Source: Cyanophyceae cyanobacterium (GTDB taxonomy: Bacteria > Cyanobacteriota > Cyanobacteriia > Cyanobacteriales > JBHJGN01). From it: 64,000 nucleotides of DNA. Under the pieces are notes generated by a model. That model did no database searches and was not told the DNA's origin. It saw only the letters and a program-made list of their open reading frames with translations. The DNA lies in contig JBHJGN010000015.1 in assembly GCA_050331735.1 (NCBI GenBank), forward strand, positions 1-64,000, written 5' to 3'. The position numbers and the translations under genes were made by a program. Positions 37,024 through 48,277 of the stretch are shown here, piece after piece. How positions within the stretch are numbered: position 1 is the first letter of the stretch; every line of letters begins with the position of its first letter.

Positions 37024-38253
37024 TTACTCCCAGCGAATTGCTTCTTCCTTGCCCTGGAGCGCCGCAGTCACGATTTGGTAAAGCCATTTGGCTTCGTGAT
37101 GAAGGTTAAACTCCTGTTCTACCTTCGTCCGACCATTTTTCCCGAGTCGAGTCCGCAGGTCGGCATCGCTCAGAAGCTTGTGAATTTTGTCTGCTAGCGC
37201 ACCGGCATCTCCGGGAGGAACCAAGTAACCATTGATGCCTTCTTCTACCAGTTCGCTCACGCCGGCAATGCGAGTGGTGACGACAGGAACCCCAGCCGCC
37301 AGCGCTTCCATCAGCACCACCGGCAACCCTTCTGCAAAGCTAGGCAGCACGAAAACATCGGCAGTCTGCATATACTGACGGACTTCTGCCTGAGACTTGT
37401 AGCCGACCAACTCTACATTATCAGTCAGCTCTAATCTCGCGATCGCCGCTTCTAGCTCAGCTCGCTCGGAGCCATCGCCGACTAGAGTTAGAATAACGTC
37501 AGGATAAGTCTGTTTGAGAATGGCGAGGCTGTCAAATAACACGGGTAAGCCCTTGGTCGCGGCTAGCCGTCCGACAAACAGCAGACGGCCCTGCTGTTGG
37601 CGATGAGTAACGATGGTAAAGAGGCTCGGGTCGATCCCGCAGTGAACAATGTGCAGGCGATTCCAGGTTTCCGGTGGCGCGAACAACATGCACTGACTGC
37701 GGCAGAAGTGGCTGATGCAGGACACAAACAAAGCTCGCTGAATCTTGGCGTCCAAACGCCAGCGATAGGGTTCAAAAAAAATGTAGGGGCCGTGGATGGT
37801 AAAGCTAAAGGTAAACCCTCCCAGTTCAGCCGCGAGCATCGCTACGCTACAGCTAGAGTCGGCCAAATGATTGTGCAAATGCTCAATATCCTGCTTATGC
37901 ATCTGTTCAGCAACGATTCCGGCTTCAGCGAAGTAAAACAGTTGGTAGAGAGCCTTGAGCAGACCATCTGGGCAAGTTAACCACGCTAGCTTCAGGGCTC
38001 GCCAGTAGTGACCCGGTTTGGCGAGCAGGAGTAATAAATGCGCCCGCACCAGAGCCACCGGATGAGCGGGCAGGATATAGAAGGTGCGATCACGTTCTGT
38101 CTGCTGTTCGGGGCCAACCAGGTGTTCGTCTCCGGTTCTCCGGACCGAGAAAGTCTGCACCTCTACCCCTTGCTCGCGCAGCGTCATCACTTCCCGCTGA
38201 ATAAAAGTATCTGTTGCCCGAGGATATTCCCCGGTTAGATAGGCGATGCGCAT
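37024..38253 (-). CDS. Glycosyltransferase family 4 (WcaL-like)
   Basis: TFIQRE, VGRLAATKG, PSFAEGLPVVLMEA. Confidence 0.92.
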   Translation of the reverse strand: MRIAYLTGEYPRATDTFIQREVMTLREQGVEVQTFSVRRTGDEHLVGPEQQTERDRTFYILPAHPVALVRAHLLLLLAKPGHYWRALKLAWLTCPDGLLKALYQLFYFAEAGIVAEQMHKQDIEHLHNHLADSSCSVAMLAAELGGFTFSFTIHGPYIFFEPYRWRLDAKIQRALFVSCISHFCRSQCMLFAPPETWNRLHIVHCGIDPSLFTIVTHRQQQGRLLFVGRLAATKGLPVLFDSLAILKQTYPDVILTLVGDGSERAELEAAIARLELTDNVELVGYKSQAEVRQYMQTADVFVLPSFAEGLPVVLMEALAAGVPVVTTRIAGVSELVEEGINGYLVPPGDAGALADKIHKLLSDADLRTRLGKNGRTKVEQEFNLHHEAKWLYQIVTAALQGKEEAIRWE

Positions 38254-38365
38254 AGTTTTTAGGTCGTAGAAATCATTCAGTTAAGTAGGCAGAAGAACTA
38301 TCAAATTTGTCCCCAACTCCCGACTGACCCGCCTTCATCGGTCAACAGGGTCAGCGAGCCTAGTC

Positions 38366-39349
38366 TCAACCCAACTCGGCCCGACTACAGCGTTCTAGAG
38401 CCGAGTCGAGGGCATACTGAGGCTGCCAGTTGAGGGTGCGCTTCGCCTGAGTGTTATCGTACCGCAGGGGCTTGAAACGCGCGTGAAGCCTTGCTGGAAC
38501 TAAAATGCCTGGAAGTTTGGCTCTACCGCCAAGCAGCCTTCGATTACACCAGTCTACTGTCCCCGCTAAAGCATTCATCGCCCCCCAACTAATCGAAATC
38601 GTGCGCGGTTTCGAGGGCAAATGCTGCATGACTTTAGCGGCATACTCCTGCTGCGTTGGTAGCTCGTCGTCTACTAAATTAATCGTTTTTCCAATGGCTG
38701 CTTCGCTGTCAGCGGCTAGCACCACCGCCTCGGCACAATTTTCCACGTAGATCAGAGGAACCTGGGCGTCTGTCCCGATGCGGAGCCAGAGATTCCGCGC
38801 CTTGGCTCCTAAGTAGGCGTTCCAGAGGCGATCGCGCCCGTAGACGATTCCTGGACGCAGAATCGTAACCTGGCCTCCCTGGTGTTCAAAGTGGCGGACG
38901 AGCTGCTCTTGCAGCAGCTTCGTTTGGGCATACACATCCCGGTGCTGAGGAACGCTCTCTAGGGGAGACTCTTCTCGAATCGTTGTTCCCGGAGCACACC
39001 GAAGATAATCATAAACGGAGAAGGTGCTGATAGCAACGAGTCGCCGCACCTCCGCCTTCTGCATCGCCTCGAGCAGCGTCTCCGTTGCCGTCACGGTTCC
39101 AGCTAACTGCTGGTCGTAGCTGCCGCCAGTGACAGCGGCGAGGTGAATCACCACATCCATGCCTTTTACGACCTCCGCATCTCCTCGCAAATCGACGTTG
39201 ACCACTTCCACCGCCGGGTGGCCCTGCCAAGGAAGCGCCGCGCGGCTTGTTAATCCGATGGCTGCCCTCACCTGATACCCTCGTCGCAGCGCTTCTTGCA
39301 CGACGTATTTCCCAATAAAGCCTGACGCTCCCGTTACCAGCATCCTCAT
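38366..39349 (-). CDS. NAD-dependent epimerase/dehydratase
   Basis: VTGASGFIG, VIHLAA, YAQTK, LRPGIVYG. Confidence 0.9.
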   Translation of the reverse strand: MRMLVTGASGFIGKYVVQEALRRGYQVRAAIGLTSRAALPWQGHPAVEVVNVDLRGDAEVVKGMDVVIHLAAVTGGSYDQQLAGTVTATETLLEAMQKAEVRRLVAISTFSVYDYLRCAPGTTIREESPLESVPQHRDVYAQTKLLQEQLVRHFEHQGGQVTILRPGIVYGRDRLWNAYLGAKARNLWLRIGTDAQVPLIYVENCAEAVVLAADSEAAIGKTINLVDDELPTQQEYAAKVMQHLPSKPRTISISWGAMNALAGTVDWCNRRLLGGRAKLPGILVPARLHARFKPLRYDNTQAKRTLNWQPQYALDSALERCSRAELG

Positions 39350-39424
39350 GCGGGACTTCTCCTTGTGCCGTATCACTATTTGAAACCAGAGATTCTTGAC
39401 AATCAACAACAGAATCTCACGTCT

Positions 39425-40429
39425 TCAGGTTTCAGTTGCCGACTTATACTCAATCAAAGTGGCTGGCTGACCGCGCCACTGGGTGAGCCAGTATCTGCTC
39501 TGACCGATCACCTGAGGGAGTTTAGAGAGCACACACCAAAAGGCATAGGTTTTGGCATGTTGGGGAGAGTCGCCATACTCACAGCGATGGCGGTAAATGC
39601 GCCATCCCAGCAGTAAATAGGCCACCAGCAACAGCAAACTCACGCCAAAGGTAAACGGGAGCAGCATTAGAGCGGTGATAGGCAGCAAAGCTCCCCACAG
39701 CCAGCCGCTCAGATGCTCTCGCCTCATATATTGTTCTGGAGAATTGCCGTACATCGCCACTCCTTCGGCGATGGCCCAGCCGCCACGAATCGAGCGCTTC
39801 CACCACTGACTCACCTTGGTCATGGCTGCGTCATGGAGAGTCATATCAACATTAAGTCGCTGAATTTTCCAGCCTCGATTTCGCAACCGGATGCACATTT
39901 CTGGCTCCTCGCCGCAGATCAGAGTTGGATTAAACCCGTTTACTTCCTGAATCGCCCAAATGCGCATCAGCGCATCCCCACCACAGGCCTTAGCTTCTCC
40001 TATCGGCGTATTCCATTCCATATCCGCCAGTCGATTGTAGGGCGATGCCTCGGGAAACCGTTCCCGGCGTCGTCCACAGGCGATCGCCAACTGTTGGTTC
40101 TCATCGAGGGCAGTCTGCGCCGCCTCGAGCCATCCCGGCAGCAGTTCGCAGTCTCCATCGATAAACTGAACGTATTCCAGCTCGCTGTTGTGTTCAGTTA
40201 AGTCATCAAATCCGGCGTTCCGTCCTCGCGCCATCGTAAAGGGGAGCGACATATCTAAATGAATCACCTTCACTCCTAACGACTCTGCTCTAGCGGGACT
40301 GCCATCGGTTGACCCAGAATCAACGTAGACAATTGGCCCGTCAGGAAGCTGGGTCTTGAGTGACTTCAAACAGCGAATCAGACGCTCGCCCTCATTCCTG
40401 CCAATAGCAACCACCCCAATCCGGCTCAT
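39425..40429 (-). CDS. Glycosyltransferase family 2
   Basis: IGRNEG, VDSGSTDG, FIDGD, C-terminal TMs. Confidence 0.9.
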   Translation of the reverse strand: MSRIGVVAIGRNEGERLIRCLKSLKTQLPDGPIVYVDSGSTDGSPARAESLGVKVIHLDMSLPFTMARGRNAGFDDLTEHNSELEYVQFIDGDCELLPGWLEAAQTALDENQQLAIACGRRRERFPEASPYNRLADMEWNTPIGEAKACGGDALMRIWAIQEVNGFNPTLICGEEPEMCIRLRNRGWKIQRLNVDMTLHDAAMTKVSQWWKRSIRGGWAIAEGVAMYGNSPEQYMRREHLSGWLWGALLPITALMLLPFTFGVSLLLLVAYLLLGWRIYRHRCEYGDSPQHAKTYAFWCVLSKLPQVIGQSRYWLTQWRGQPATLIEYKSATET

Positions 40430-40571
40430 TGTAATTAACCTTTGACTTATGATAATAGTTTGCTTGGCTCTCGAAGATACTAAGCAGTTTCTTTTCTCCT
40501 GTCAAGATTCATGGGCTACTTTCTCTAGAAAGCAATGGGAGACGCCGACTCCTCTCGGTTCTTGAGCTTGA

Positions 40572-40958
40572 TTAATTTGCCTTGAGGCTCACGTACTGCC
40601 GCAGGCTCAATAAACTGAGCGTTTGTCCTAAATTGAGAGGAAGCAGAGTAATTCCTTCAATGCGCGACTGAACCCATCTATCTCCCCAGTACCATTCGTG
40701 GTAGCCATCAATTCCTTTGCTAAGTAACAGGCGCAAAGTCTGCTCGTCTGCTCTCTCTACCTGATGCTCAATCGCAACGGGACCAACCCAGCTAGTAAAT
40801 GTTGTTCCAGTCTGAAGCTGCTCGGGAACCCCAGGAGAAAAGCGCCGGAACCAAAGCCACTGGCTCAATTGCTCAGTCTTGAGCAAACTGTTACCCAGTG
40901 TTTCTTTGCTAGCCTCAACTTCAATGCGAATCTGACTCTGTTGAAAAGTACCAAACAT
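40572..40958 (-). CDS. Conserved hypothetical protein (possibly SRPBCC-like)
   Basis: Plausible 128-aa ORF divergent from hslO. Confidence 0.7.
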   Translation of the reverse strand: MFGTFQQSQIRIEVEASKETLGNSLLKTEQLSQWLWFRRFSPGVPEQLQTGTTFTSWVGPVAIEHQVERADEQTLRLLLSKGIDGYHEWYWGDRWVQSRIEGITLLPLNLGQTLSLLSLRQYVSLKAN

Positions 40959-41187
40959 AATGCCTGCCTATCCGGAAACCAACCTCTTGTTACTATTGTG
41001 CCTTTTTCACCGCTCCCCGTTAGTTGAGTCGGCAGAAAAAATGCTTCAGGCTTTTACCCAACTGCCACACTCCCAACGACCCCGTTAGCGATGGGCTGCC
41101 TTCTTCAAATTCCCGGTTGATTCACTGTTTCTTAACCTTTCGTTACGTTAGCCTAGAAAAGAGATCATTTACTCTTAGATAAAGATC

Positions 41188-42096
41188 ATGGCTGATCAAT
41201 TAATTCGCGCGACGGCAGCAGACGGTGGCATTAGAGCAGTAGGAACGATTACAACTCGCCTGAGCGAGGAAGCGCGACAGCGACACAAGCTTTCTTATGT
41301 AGCGACCGCAGCCTTAGGACGGGCAATGTCTTCCGGGTTATTGCTGGCCTCTAGCATGAAGCGAGAAGGGTCTCGAGTGAATATCCGCATCAAAGGCTCC
41401 GGACCTCTCGGCGGACTTTTAGTCGATGCTGGTCTAGACGGAACGGTTCGTGGCTATGTCGAGAATCCGGGTGTTGAGTTGCCTCCCAATTCCGTCGGCA
41501 AGCTCGACGTTGGCGGAGCAATTGGTAGGGACGGTTATTTATACGTTGTTCGAGATGTGGGCTACGGCTATCCCTACTCGAGTACCGTTGAATTGGTATC
41601 TGGAGAGGTTGGAGATGATGTTGCTCACTACCTAGTCACTTCCGAACAAACACCATCTGCTTTGCTGGTGGGGGTTTTTGTCGGTGCCGAAGGCGTGGCG
41701 GCCTCCGGGGGACTGCTGCTCCAGGTTTTACCAAAAGCGGCTAGAGACGAGCAGTTAATCGAGCTGTTGGAGTCTCGGGTCGGTCAGCTATCAGGATTTA
41801 CGCCACTCCTACAGGCCGGAAAAACACTGCCAGAAATCTTTGAGCACCTGCTTGGCGATCTGGGGCTGACCATTCTTCCAGAAGTGCAGATGGTTCGGTT
41901 TGATTGCGGCTGTTCTTTCCATCGCGTTTTAGGAGCTTTAAAGATGCTGGGTGAAAGTGAACTCCAGGACATGATTGAAAAGGATCGAGGAGCCGAAGCC
42001 ACCTGTCAGTTTTGCGGGGAAGTTTATCAAGCTAGTAGCGAACAGCTAGAGCAATTGATCGACGATTTGCGTACCGAATCTGTCGCTCGGCAGTAG
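41188..42096 (+). CDS. hslO: Hsp33 redox chaperone
   Basis: ATAALGR, SEQTPS, CGCS...CQFC zinc motif. Confidence 0.95.
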   Translation: MADQLIRATAADGGIRAVGTITTRLSEEARQRHKLSYVATAALGRAMSSGLLLASSMKREGSRVNIRIKGSGPLGGLLVDAGLDGTVRGYVENPGVELPPNSVGKLDVGGAIGRDGYLYVVRDVGYGYPYSSTVELVSGEVGDDVAHYLVTSEQTPSALLVGVFVGAEGVAASGGLLLQVLPKAARDEQLIELLESRVGQLSGFTPLLQAGKTLPEIFEHLLGDLGLTILPEVQMVRFDCGCSFHRVLGALKMLGESELQDMIEKDRGAEATCQFCGEVYQASSEQLEQLIDDLRTESVARQ

Positions 42097-42342
42097 TAGG
42101 CGCATGAAGGAGTGCAGCCTCCACGAATAGAATCGGGGACGAGATCAACAGGCCAACGATAGAGCTGACCCCCGTGCTTCCTGGTCAAGCTCGCAAAGAC
42201 GTTAAGCTCGCATGGTATTCTCAGCGACCTGTTAACGCTTTACTGAGCGACATTCTTATTTTTGGGGATGATATGATGAATTAGCTGTTAACATCATCTA
42301 CTAAAAAGCGTTGGCGATCGCAGATGAACGAGCGCACCAACT

Positions 42343-44307
42343 ATGAGAAGAAAACCCGAACAAACAAAGCGGTTGGAGGTCGGAAAAGCCTTCCCCCGCT
42401 CGAATACAGCTTTATCTAAACAGTCTCATCGAGAGCGAGATATGTCTTCTCATCCAGCGGCTCAGCCGGGAACCGAATCAAATACCACTCCTCAACGAGG
42501 GTGGTTGAGCTTTCCGTGGTTAGCAGCCCTGCTGATTGTCATTTTTGGAAGCGTTGGCTTTGTGGCCACTTCGGCTTTACTCAAGCTACCGGCGGTCGCC
42601 AACTGTCCGAAGATTTTCTTGCCTTTGGCTTCGGCTTCCAAGCGCCTGTACTGTGCCCAAGTGGAAGCCGAGAAAGCGACGGTCGATAGTCTTTTAGAAG
42701 CGATCGCCTTAGTCAAAGGCTTACCCGCTAATCATCCCCTCCGCAGCGATATTGACCATTTAGTTGAGCAATGGTCGGTCGAGATTCTCGATTTAGCCGA
42801 AGCCGATTTTCAAGCGGGTAAACTGAAGACGGCGGTTGCTACGGCCCGCCGCATTCCTCAGAACGTACGCGCCTATAGTTTGGTTGAAGAACGAGTTGAG
42901 CGCTGGCAAACAATTTGGTCCAAAGCCGAGCAAATCGCTGCCGCCACCGAAAAACAACTGCGTCAGTCTAACTGGAACGAGGCTTTTCGAGCAGCGGTTA
43001 AACTTGTCCAGCTCGATAATCACTACTGGGCCACGACGAAGTATCGCGAAACCGTTGATACAATTCAGGTAGCCCGCCAGGAAAGCCAAAAGCTTGATGA
43101 CGCTTTTGCCGCCCTGGAAACAGATAGCGTTGACGACTGGCTGGAAGCCGTTGCCGAAGCGGATCGGATCGCCACCAGCAGCTATGTCTATCAAGAAGCT
43201 CAAGAATTAATTGAGCAAGCCCGAGAAAAGTTCCTCGGCTACATCCAGAGACTCCTCGTCAATCGGAACTGGCAGCCGCTGCTCTCGGTGACAAATCGGC
43301 TACCGGGGAGCTTAGAGCTAGAACAGGTAGACGAATGGCGACAGCTAGCCAGGGCCGGAACCAGCGCTGACCAAGGCACGATTTCTAGCTTAGAGAGAGC
43401 CATCGCAGAGGCAGAAAGAATTGAGGAAGACAGTGCTCTTTACGCAGATGCCCAGCAGCTCGTCGAGCGCTGGTATCTGGAAATTGACGACCTGCACCAT
43501 CTCTTGCAGGCGCGGGAACTAGCGCGTGCTGGCAACATCGGCGCTCTGTCAGAAGCGATCGCGGAGGCTCGCGTTATTCCGCGAGCCAATCCCCGTTACC
43601 AAGAAGCCCAGGCGGAAATTCAGGACTGGAGACGCCAAATTGAAACCATTGAAGACCAGCCGTACCTCTCTCGGGCCAGAGAGTTAGCCAGCGGCGGCAC
43701 GATCCGAGCGTGGCAGGCGGCGATCGCCCAAGCTCGCCTCATTGCTTCTGGACGCGCTCTGCATTCAGAAGCCCAGAGAGAAATCCGCCGCTGGCGCAAC
43801 AGAATTGAACGCGAGGAAGATCAGCCTTATCTCGATGAGGCCGTCGCATTGTCCTACTCGAAGAATTACGCCGACGCGATTAACTTCGCGCAGCAAATTC
43901 GACCGGGAAGAGTGCTTTATGAAGAAGCGCGGAACAAAATTCAAGCATGGCAGCGAGAGATTCGGGCGGAGGAACTGATCGAAAGAGCTTATGAAGTGGC
44001 TCGTTCGAGAACGCCAGCCGCTCTGCTTGAGGCTATCAGAATTGCGCAGCAGGTGCCTGCGTCAACCGAGCCGAAGCGGGAAAGCCAGCAGGCTCTCAAC
44101 CGCTGGGGAAATCAGCTCTTAGCGATCGCCATCGACACCGCAGATAATTCTTTAAGAGACGCCATTGACCTGGCCGCCAAAATTCCCTCCGGCACTGAAG
44201 CCTACCAACCAGCGCAGGCGCAAATTGCTCGGTGGGAAGCCAGACTGAATCCCCCACCGTTAGTGATTCCGGAGTCTCCCTTCAGCGAAGAACCGCAGGA
44301 ACTGTAA
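42343..44307 (+). CDS. Membrane-anchored alpha-helical repeat protein of unknown function
   Basis: TM near the N-terminus, NC...LYCAQ, repeated AIxxAxxIP....YxxAQxxIxxW units. Confidence 0.8.
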   Translation: MRRKPEQTKRLEVGKAFPRSNTALSKQSHRERDMSSHPAAQPGTESNTTPQRGWLSFPWLAALLIVIFGSVGFVATSALLKLPAVANCPKIFLPLASASKRLYCAQVEAEKATVDSLLEAIALVKGLPANHPLRSDIDHLVEQWSVEILDLAEADFQAGKLKTAVATARRIPQNVRAYSLVEERVERWQTIWSKAEQIAAATEKQLRQSNWNEAFRAAVKLVQLDNHYWATTKYRETVDTIQVARQESQKLDDAFAALETDSVDDWLEAVAEADRIATSSYVYQEAQELIEQAREKFLGYIQRLLVNRNWQPLLSVTNRLPGSLELEQVDEWRQLARAGTSADQGTISSLERAIAEAERIEEDSALYADAQQLVERWYLEIDDLHHLLQARELARAGNIGALSEAIAEARVIPRANPRYQEAQAEIQDWRRQIETIEDQPYLSRARELASGGTIRAWQAAIAQARLIASGRALHSEAQREIRRWRNRIEREEDQPYLDEAVALSYSKNYADAINFAQQIRPGRVLYEEARNKIQAWQREIRAEELIERAYEVARSRTPAALLEAIRIAQQVPASTEPKRESQQALNRWGNQLLAIAIDTADNSLRDAIDLAAKIPSGTEAYQPAQAQIARWEARLNPPPLVIPESPFSEEPQEL

Positions 44308-44528
44308 AGCGCCGCAGGCGCGGGGAAGCAGCTTTCGCGCTCGGGAGATAAAACTGGCAGCGACTTCGGCGAGGATTGTTCCTTCCCATCACTCCGTTAC
44401 AAAGGGGGCGATCGCCTCGCCTCCTGGCGACAACTCACCTCTAGAGGCTACATCAAAAGCTCTGCTTGCCGTCCCCAGTTTTGATAGGTTAAATAGTAAT
44501 GAGCAATACCTAATCGGGGTTGAGAAGC

Positions 44529-46370
44529 ATGGCGCTAATTGTTCAAAAGTACGGAGGAACGTCCGTTGGTTCGGTAGGCAGAATTAAAGCAGTAGCGGAA
44601 CGAGTGCTGAAAACGCTTGACAACAATCATTCCGTTGTTGTCGTCGTTTCGGCAATGGGCAAAACGACAGATAGGCTCGTTGGTTTAGCCAAGGAAATCT
44701 CCGCTCATCCCAGTCGTCGAGAGATGGATATGCTGCTGTCTACTGGAGAGCAAGTGTCGATCGCGCTACTGAGTATGGCGCTTCAGGAGCAAGGACAGGC
44801 GGCAATTTCTCTCACTGGCGCTCAGGTAGGAATTGTTACCGAAGCCGAATACAGTCGCGCCCGCATTCTTCAGATTAAAACCGAGCGCATTAAGCGCCAT
44901 CTCCACAAAGGAGAGGTGGTCGTCGTGGCCGGATTTCAGGGGATGAGCAGCAGCGCCGATTTTGAAATCACCACCCTCGGACGCGGCGGTTCTGATACCA
45001 CCGCCGTCGCTTTAGCTGCTTCTCTAGGAGCAGAACGCTGCGAAATTTATACCGACGTTCCCGGCATTTTGACGACCGATCCTCGCCTCGTCCCGGATGC
45101 TCAACTGATGTCAGAGATTACCGCCGATGAAATGCTGGAGTTAGCCAGTTTAGGTGCGAAGGTGCTGCACCCAAGAGCCGTAGAAATTGCTCGGAACTAT
45201 GGAGTTCCTCTGGTGGTGCTGTCAAGCTGGAGTGAAGATTTAGGAACTAAAGTTGTGTCTCCGCTGCCCAATCCGCGTTCTCTTAGGGGGCTAGAAATTA
45301 CTAAAGCCGTCGATGCGGTTGAGTTTAGTACCGATCAGGCCAAAGTAGCGCTCTTGAGAGTGCCGGATTGCCCCGGGGTGGCGGCCCGTTTGTTTGGCGA
45401 AATCGCCCACCAAAACGTCGATGTTGACCTGGTGATTCAATCGATTCACGAAGGCAACAGCAACGATATTGCCTTTACGGTAGTGCAGGGAGTACTCAGC
45501 AAAGCCGAAGCCGTGGCCGAAGCGATCGCCCCTGCGCTGCGCAGCCACCCGACTGCCACCGAGGAGGCAGAGGTGATGGTGGAGCGGCAAATTGCCAAAG
45601 TCGCCATTTCAGGAGCCGGGATGATCGGTCGTCCCGGGATCGCCGCTCGCCTGTTTACCACCCTATCCGAGGCCGGAGTTAACATCGAGATGATTTCTAC
45701 CTCCGAAGTCAAGGTAAGCTGCGTCATTGATGCGTCAGCGTGCGATCGCGCGATCGCCGCTCTTTGCCGCGCTTTTGAGATTAATAGTTCTCCCGTTCAC
45801 TTAGCAGCCTCCTCAGCAGTCTTGCCGCCAGTGCGGGGAGTGGCACTAGATGTCAATCAAGCCCGCCTTGCTATTCGTCACGTTCCAGACCGCCCTGGTT
45901 TGGCCGCGCGAATCTTTGGTTTGCTGGCGCAGCACAACATCAGCGTAGACATGATTATTCAATCTCAGCGCTGCCGCATTATTAATAGCATTCCCACCCG
46001 CGACATCGCCTTTACGGTAGCGCAGGCCGACGCTCAAGCGGCCATTACTGCCTTGAAGAGCCTAGCTCCTACGATTAACTGTGGCGAAATCTCTCTCGAT
46101 ATAGAAATTGCCAAGGTTAGCATTGTGGGGGCAGGAATGGTCGGTCAACCCGGCGTGGCGGCTCGCTTATTTGCCGCTCTAGCCCAACAGAAGATTAATA
46201 TTCAGATGATTACTACATCCGAAATCAAAATTAGCTGCGTTGTCTCTCAAGAAGATGGAGTGAGTGCTTTAAAAGCCGCCCACGAAGCGTTTGAGTTGGC
46301 AGGTGATTGTCCCTCCGGGACGGGGAAAGGGGAAAGGGAAATTTGTCCCTCCGGGACGGGGAAAGGGTAA
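44529..46370 (+). CDS. lysC: Aspartate kinase (cyanobacterial multi-ACT type) with repeat-derived C-terminus
   Basis: [32 protein letters not shown], two STSE(V/I)K ACT pairs. Confidence 0.95.
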   Translation: MALIVQKYGGTSVGSVGRIKAVAERVLKTLDNNHSVVVVVSAMGKTTDRLVGLAKEISAHPSRREMDMLLSTGEQVSIALLSMALQEQGQAAISLTGAQVGIVTEAEYSRARILQIKTERIKRHLHKGEVVVVAGFQGMSSSADFEITTLGRGGSDTTAVALAASLGAERCEIYTDVPGILTTDPRLVPDAQLMSEITADEMLELASLGAKVLHPRAVEIARNYGVPLVVLSSWSEDLGTKVVSPLPNPRSLRGLEITKAVDAVEFSTDQAKVALLRVPDCPGVAARLFGEIAHQNVDVDLVIQSIHEGNSNDIAFTVVQGVLSKAEAVAEAIAPALRSHPTATEEAEVMVERQIAKVAISGAGMIGRPGIAARLFTTLSEAGVNIEMISTSEVKVSCVIDASACDRAIAALCRAFEINSSPVHLAASSAVLPPVRGVALDVNQARLAIRHVPDRPGLAARIFGLLAQHNISVDMIIQSQRCRIINSIPTRDIAFTVAQADAQAAITALKSLAPTINCGEISLDIEIAKVSIVGAGMVGQPGVAARLFAALAQQKINIQMITTSEIKISCVVSQEDGVSALKAAHEAFELAGDCPSGTGKGEREICPSGTGKG

Positions 46371-46400
46371 GTCGCTCCGCGACCACGGAAAAGACGCAGG
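46308..46400. repeat. Tandem GTCCCTCCGGGACGGGGAAAGGG repeat cluster overlapping the lysC stop
   Basis: Two direct copies encoding CPSGTGKG twice. Confidence 0.8.
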
Positions 46401-46564
46401 ATTAAGGAGCAAACACCTTATACCGGTTAGCCATGTTATTATCTTGCAGATAATTTTCTCTATGCTATCGCTTAGTCAACTGGATTGACCAACTCCCACG
46501 GCTAAAAGCACGTGGGATTCAAGGTTCAAGCAGAGATTGCTGCCTCAGACAGACTGACATCTCC

Positions 46565-47649
46565 TCACCTCAGAGTTGTAGCCCCAACTCTATGAATTAC
46601 TCGGCTGGCGTTGGCATCGCGTCTGTGCTTAGTCGAACAGCCTGGACACACCCAATAACGCTTGTTCAAGTCAAGCTTATCGATCACAAAACCACACTCA
46701 GAACAGGTTTTAGAGCTAGGAAGCCAACGGTCAATATAGCTAACTACCTTGCCTTTTTTCTCGGCTACAAAGTCCAGGATTTTCAGGAACTCAGCAAACG
46801 CCAAGTCACTAATTTTCCGACCCCACAAACGCTGCATTCCCTTGAGGCTAAGAGTTTCAAAGAATAAATAGTCAAACTTGTCGGTCAACTGATGTGCTAG
46901 CTTCCAAAACCAATCAGAGCGACGATTAACTACTTTCTCGTGCACTCGAACTAGGTTTTGTCTTGCCTTTTCTCGACTCCTAGAACCTCTCTTCTTTGTA
47001 GAATGCTGACGACTAGCTAGCTTTAGCTGCTTGAGAGATTGTTTAAGGAACAATGGCGATTTAATATCGATGCCGTCCGAGCAAGTTAGAAACGTTTTGC
47101 AGCCAAAATCAAAGCCTGCGCTGTTACCTGTCATGGCTGAGGCTTGTGATTGTCTACAAAATCTGTCACGACATACACAAACAACTCGCCTAGAGCATTG
47201 CGTTTGATCGTGACTGTTTTAATCTTCCCTTGGATTTCTCGACTGAGCCAGAATTTAAAGACTCGCTTTCCAATCCTCAACTGATTACCAGCCAAGAAGT
47301 TGTAGCCATTCTGCTTGAGCGTAATAGATTTATACTTAATTCTCTTTCTAAAGTTTGGTGGTCTAACTCCCTTACTGTGGCGTTTGAAAAATAGCTGATA
47401 GGCTCGGTCTATCCGCTGAACAATATCCTGAACAGCCTGTGCGTTAACCAAGAGCCAATAAGCGTTTCTACGTCTGAGCTTAGCTATATGCTTCATCAGC
47501 TTGTTCGGGTTCAAATGTTTCTTGAACATCCGATAATAGCGCTTATGCAAAGCAATACAGTGGTTATAGACACTGCTGGCTGCATTGATAGCGCGATGCA
47601 GATGTTTGTTTCGTTTGTGGTGATATAGCTTGAATTTAAACGTTTTCAC
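46565..47649 (-). pseudogene. tnpB: tnpB RNA-guided nuclease gene split by one frameshift near 47135
   Basis: ORFs 47131..47649 and 46565..47134; GFDFG, FETL, CSECG..CPGC, RDANAS. Confidence 0.9.
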
Positions 47650-47687
47650 ACGTCTATAATAACACTAGATAGACATAAGTGATAGAC

Positions 47688-48083
47688 ATGACAGAGAGAT
47701 ATAGACGAACACACACAACCGTTTCAGACGTTAATTATCATTTCATCTGGATCCCGAGAAGACGACGGAAGGTATTAAAGGGGGAGATCCAAAAAAGGCT
47801 TAACGAACTGATCCATCAAGCCTGATCCGAACTAGATTGTCGATTAATTTCTCTTGCCATAGAACCTGACCACGTGCATCTATTCATCAATGCACCTTGT
47901 CATTTGGGTATTCCAGCTATCATGCACAAAGTCAAAGGCGCATCGGCTAGATATTTAAGAAAAGAGTTTCCCCAGTTGATGAAGCTGCCTTCAATGTGGA
48001 CTCGCAGCTATTTTGTTTCTACGGCTGGACAAGTTAGCTTAGAGACAAGTACAGAATATGTCGAAGCACAAGGAAAAGACTGA
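47688..48083 (+). pseudogene. tnpA: tnpA Y1 transposase with in-frame TGA at 47823
   Basis: NYHFIWIPRRRRKVL...QA*SELD...PDHVHLF...WTRSYFVSTAG. Confidence 0.9.
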
Positions 48084-48277
48084 CTGCGGTTAAAACCGCC
48101 AGCTCGTTTTTCTACCCACGGCTGAAGCTCGTGGGCTATCAAACTGCGACGGTTCCTGTATTGCCGTAGCAGAGAGTTTTGCCGATGCGAGACTTCCGAT
48201 TATTCCACTCCTGAGTCACGATTAGAAGAATCTAATCTACTTGCGTTAAACTCACCATAGATGACGCTTGCAAATTC

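Larger units (their letters stand above)
46485..48158. mobile_element. IS605-group element, divergent tnpB/tnpA, both inactivated
   Basis: Matching end hairpins CCCACG-n-CGTGGG at ~46495-46517 and ~48115-48135; right end ...GGTCAA on the - strand. Confidence 0.88.

Noticed and set aside
44308..44528. Lysine riboswitch upstream of lysC (and FMN riboswitch upstream of ribD at 48160-48277)
   Set aside because: Conserved aptamer signatures not found
46308..46400. Possible CRISPR array
   Set aside because: Only two close units, no unique 30-40 bp spacers, no cas genes
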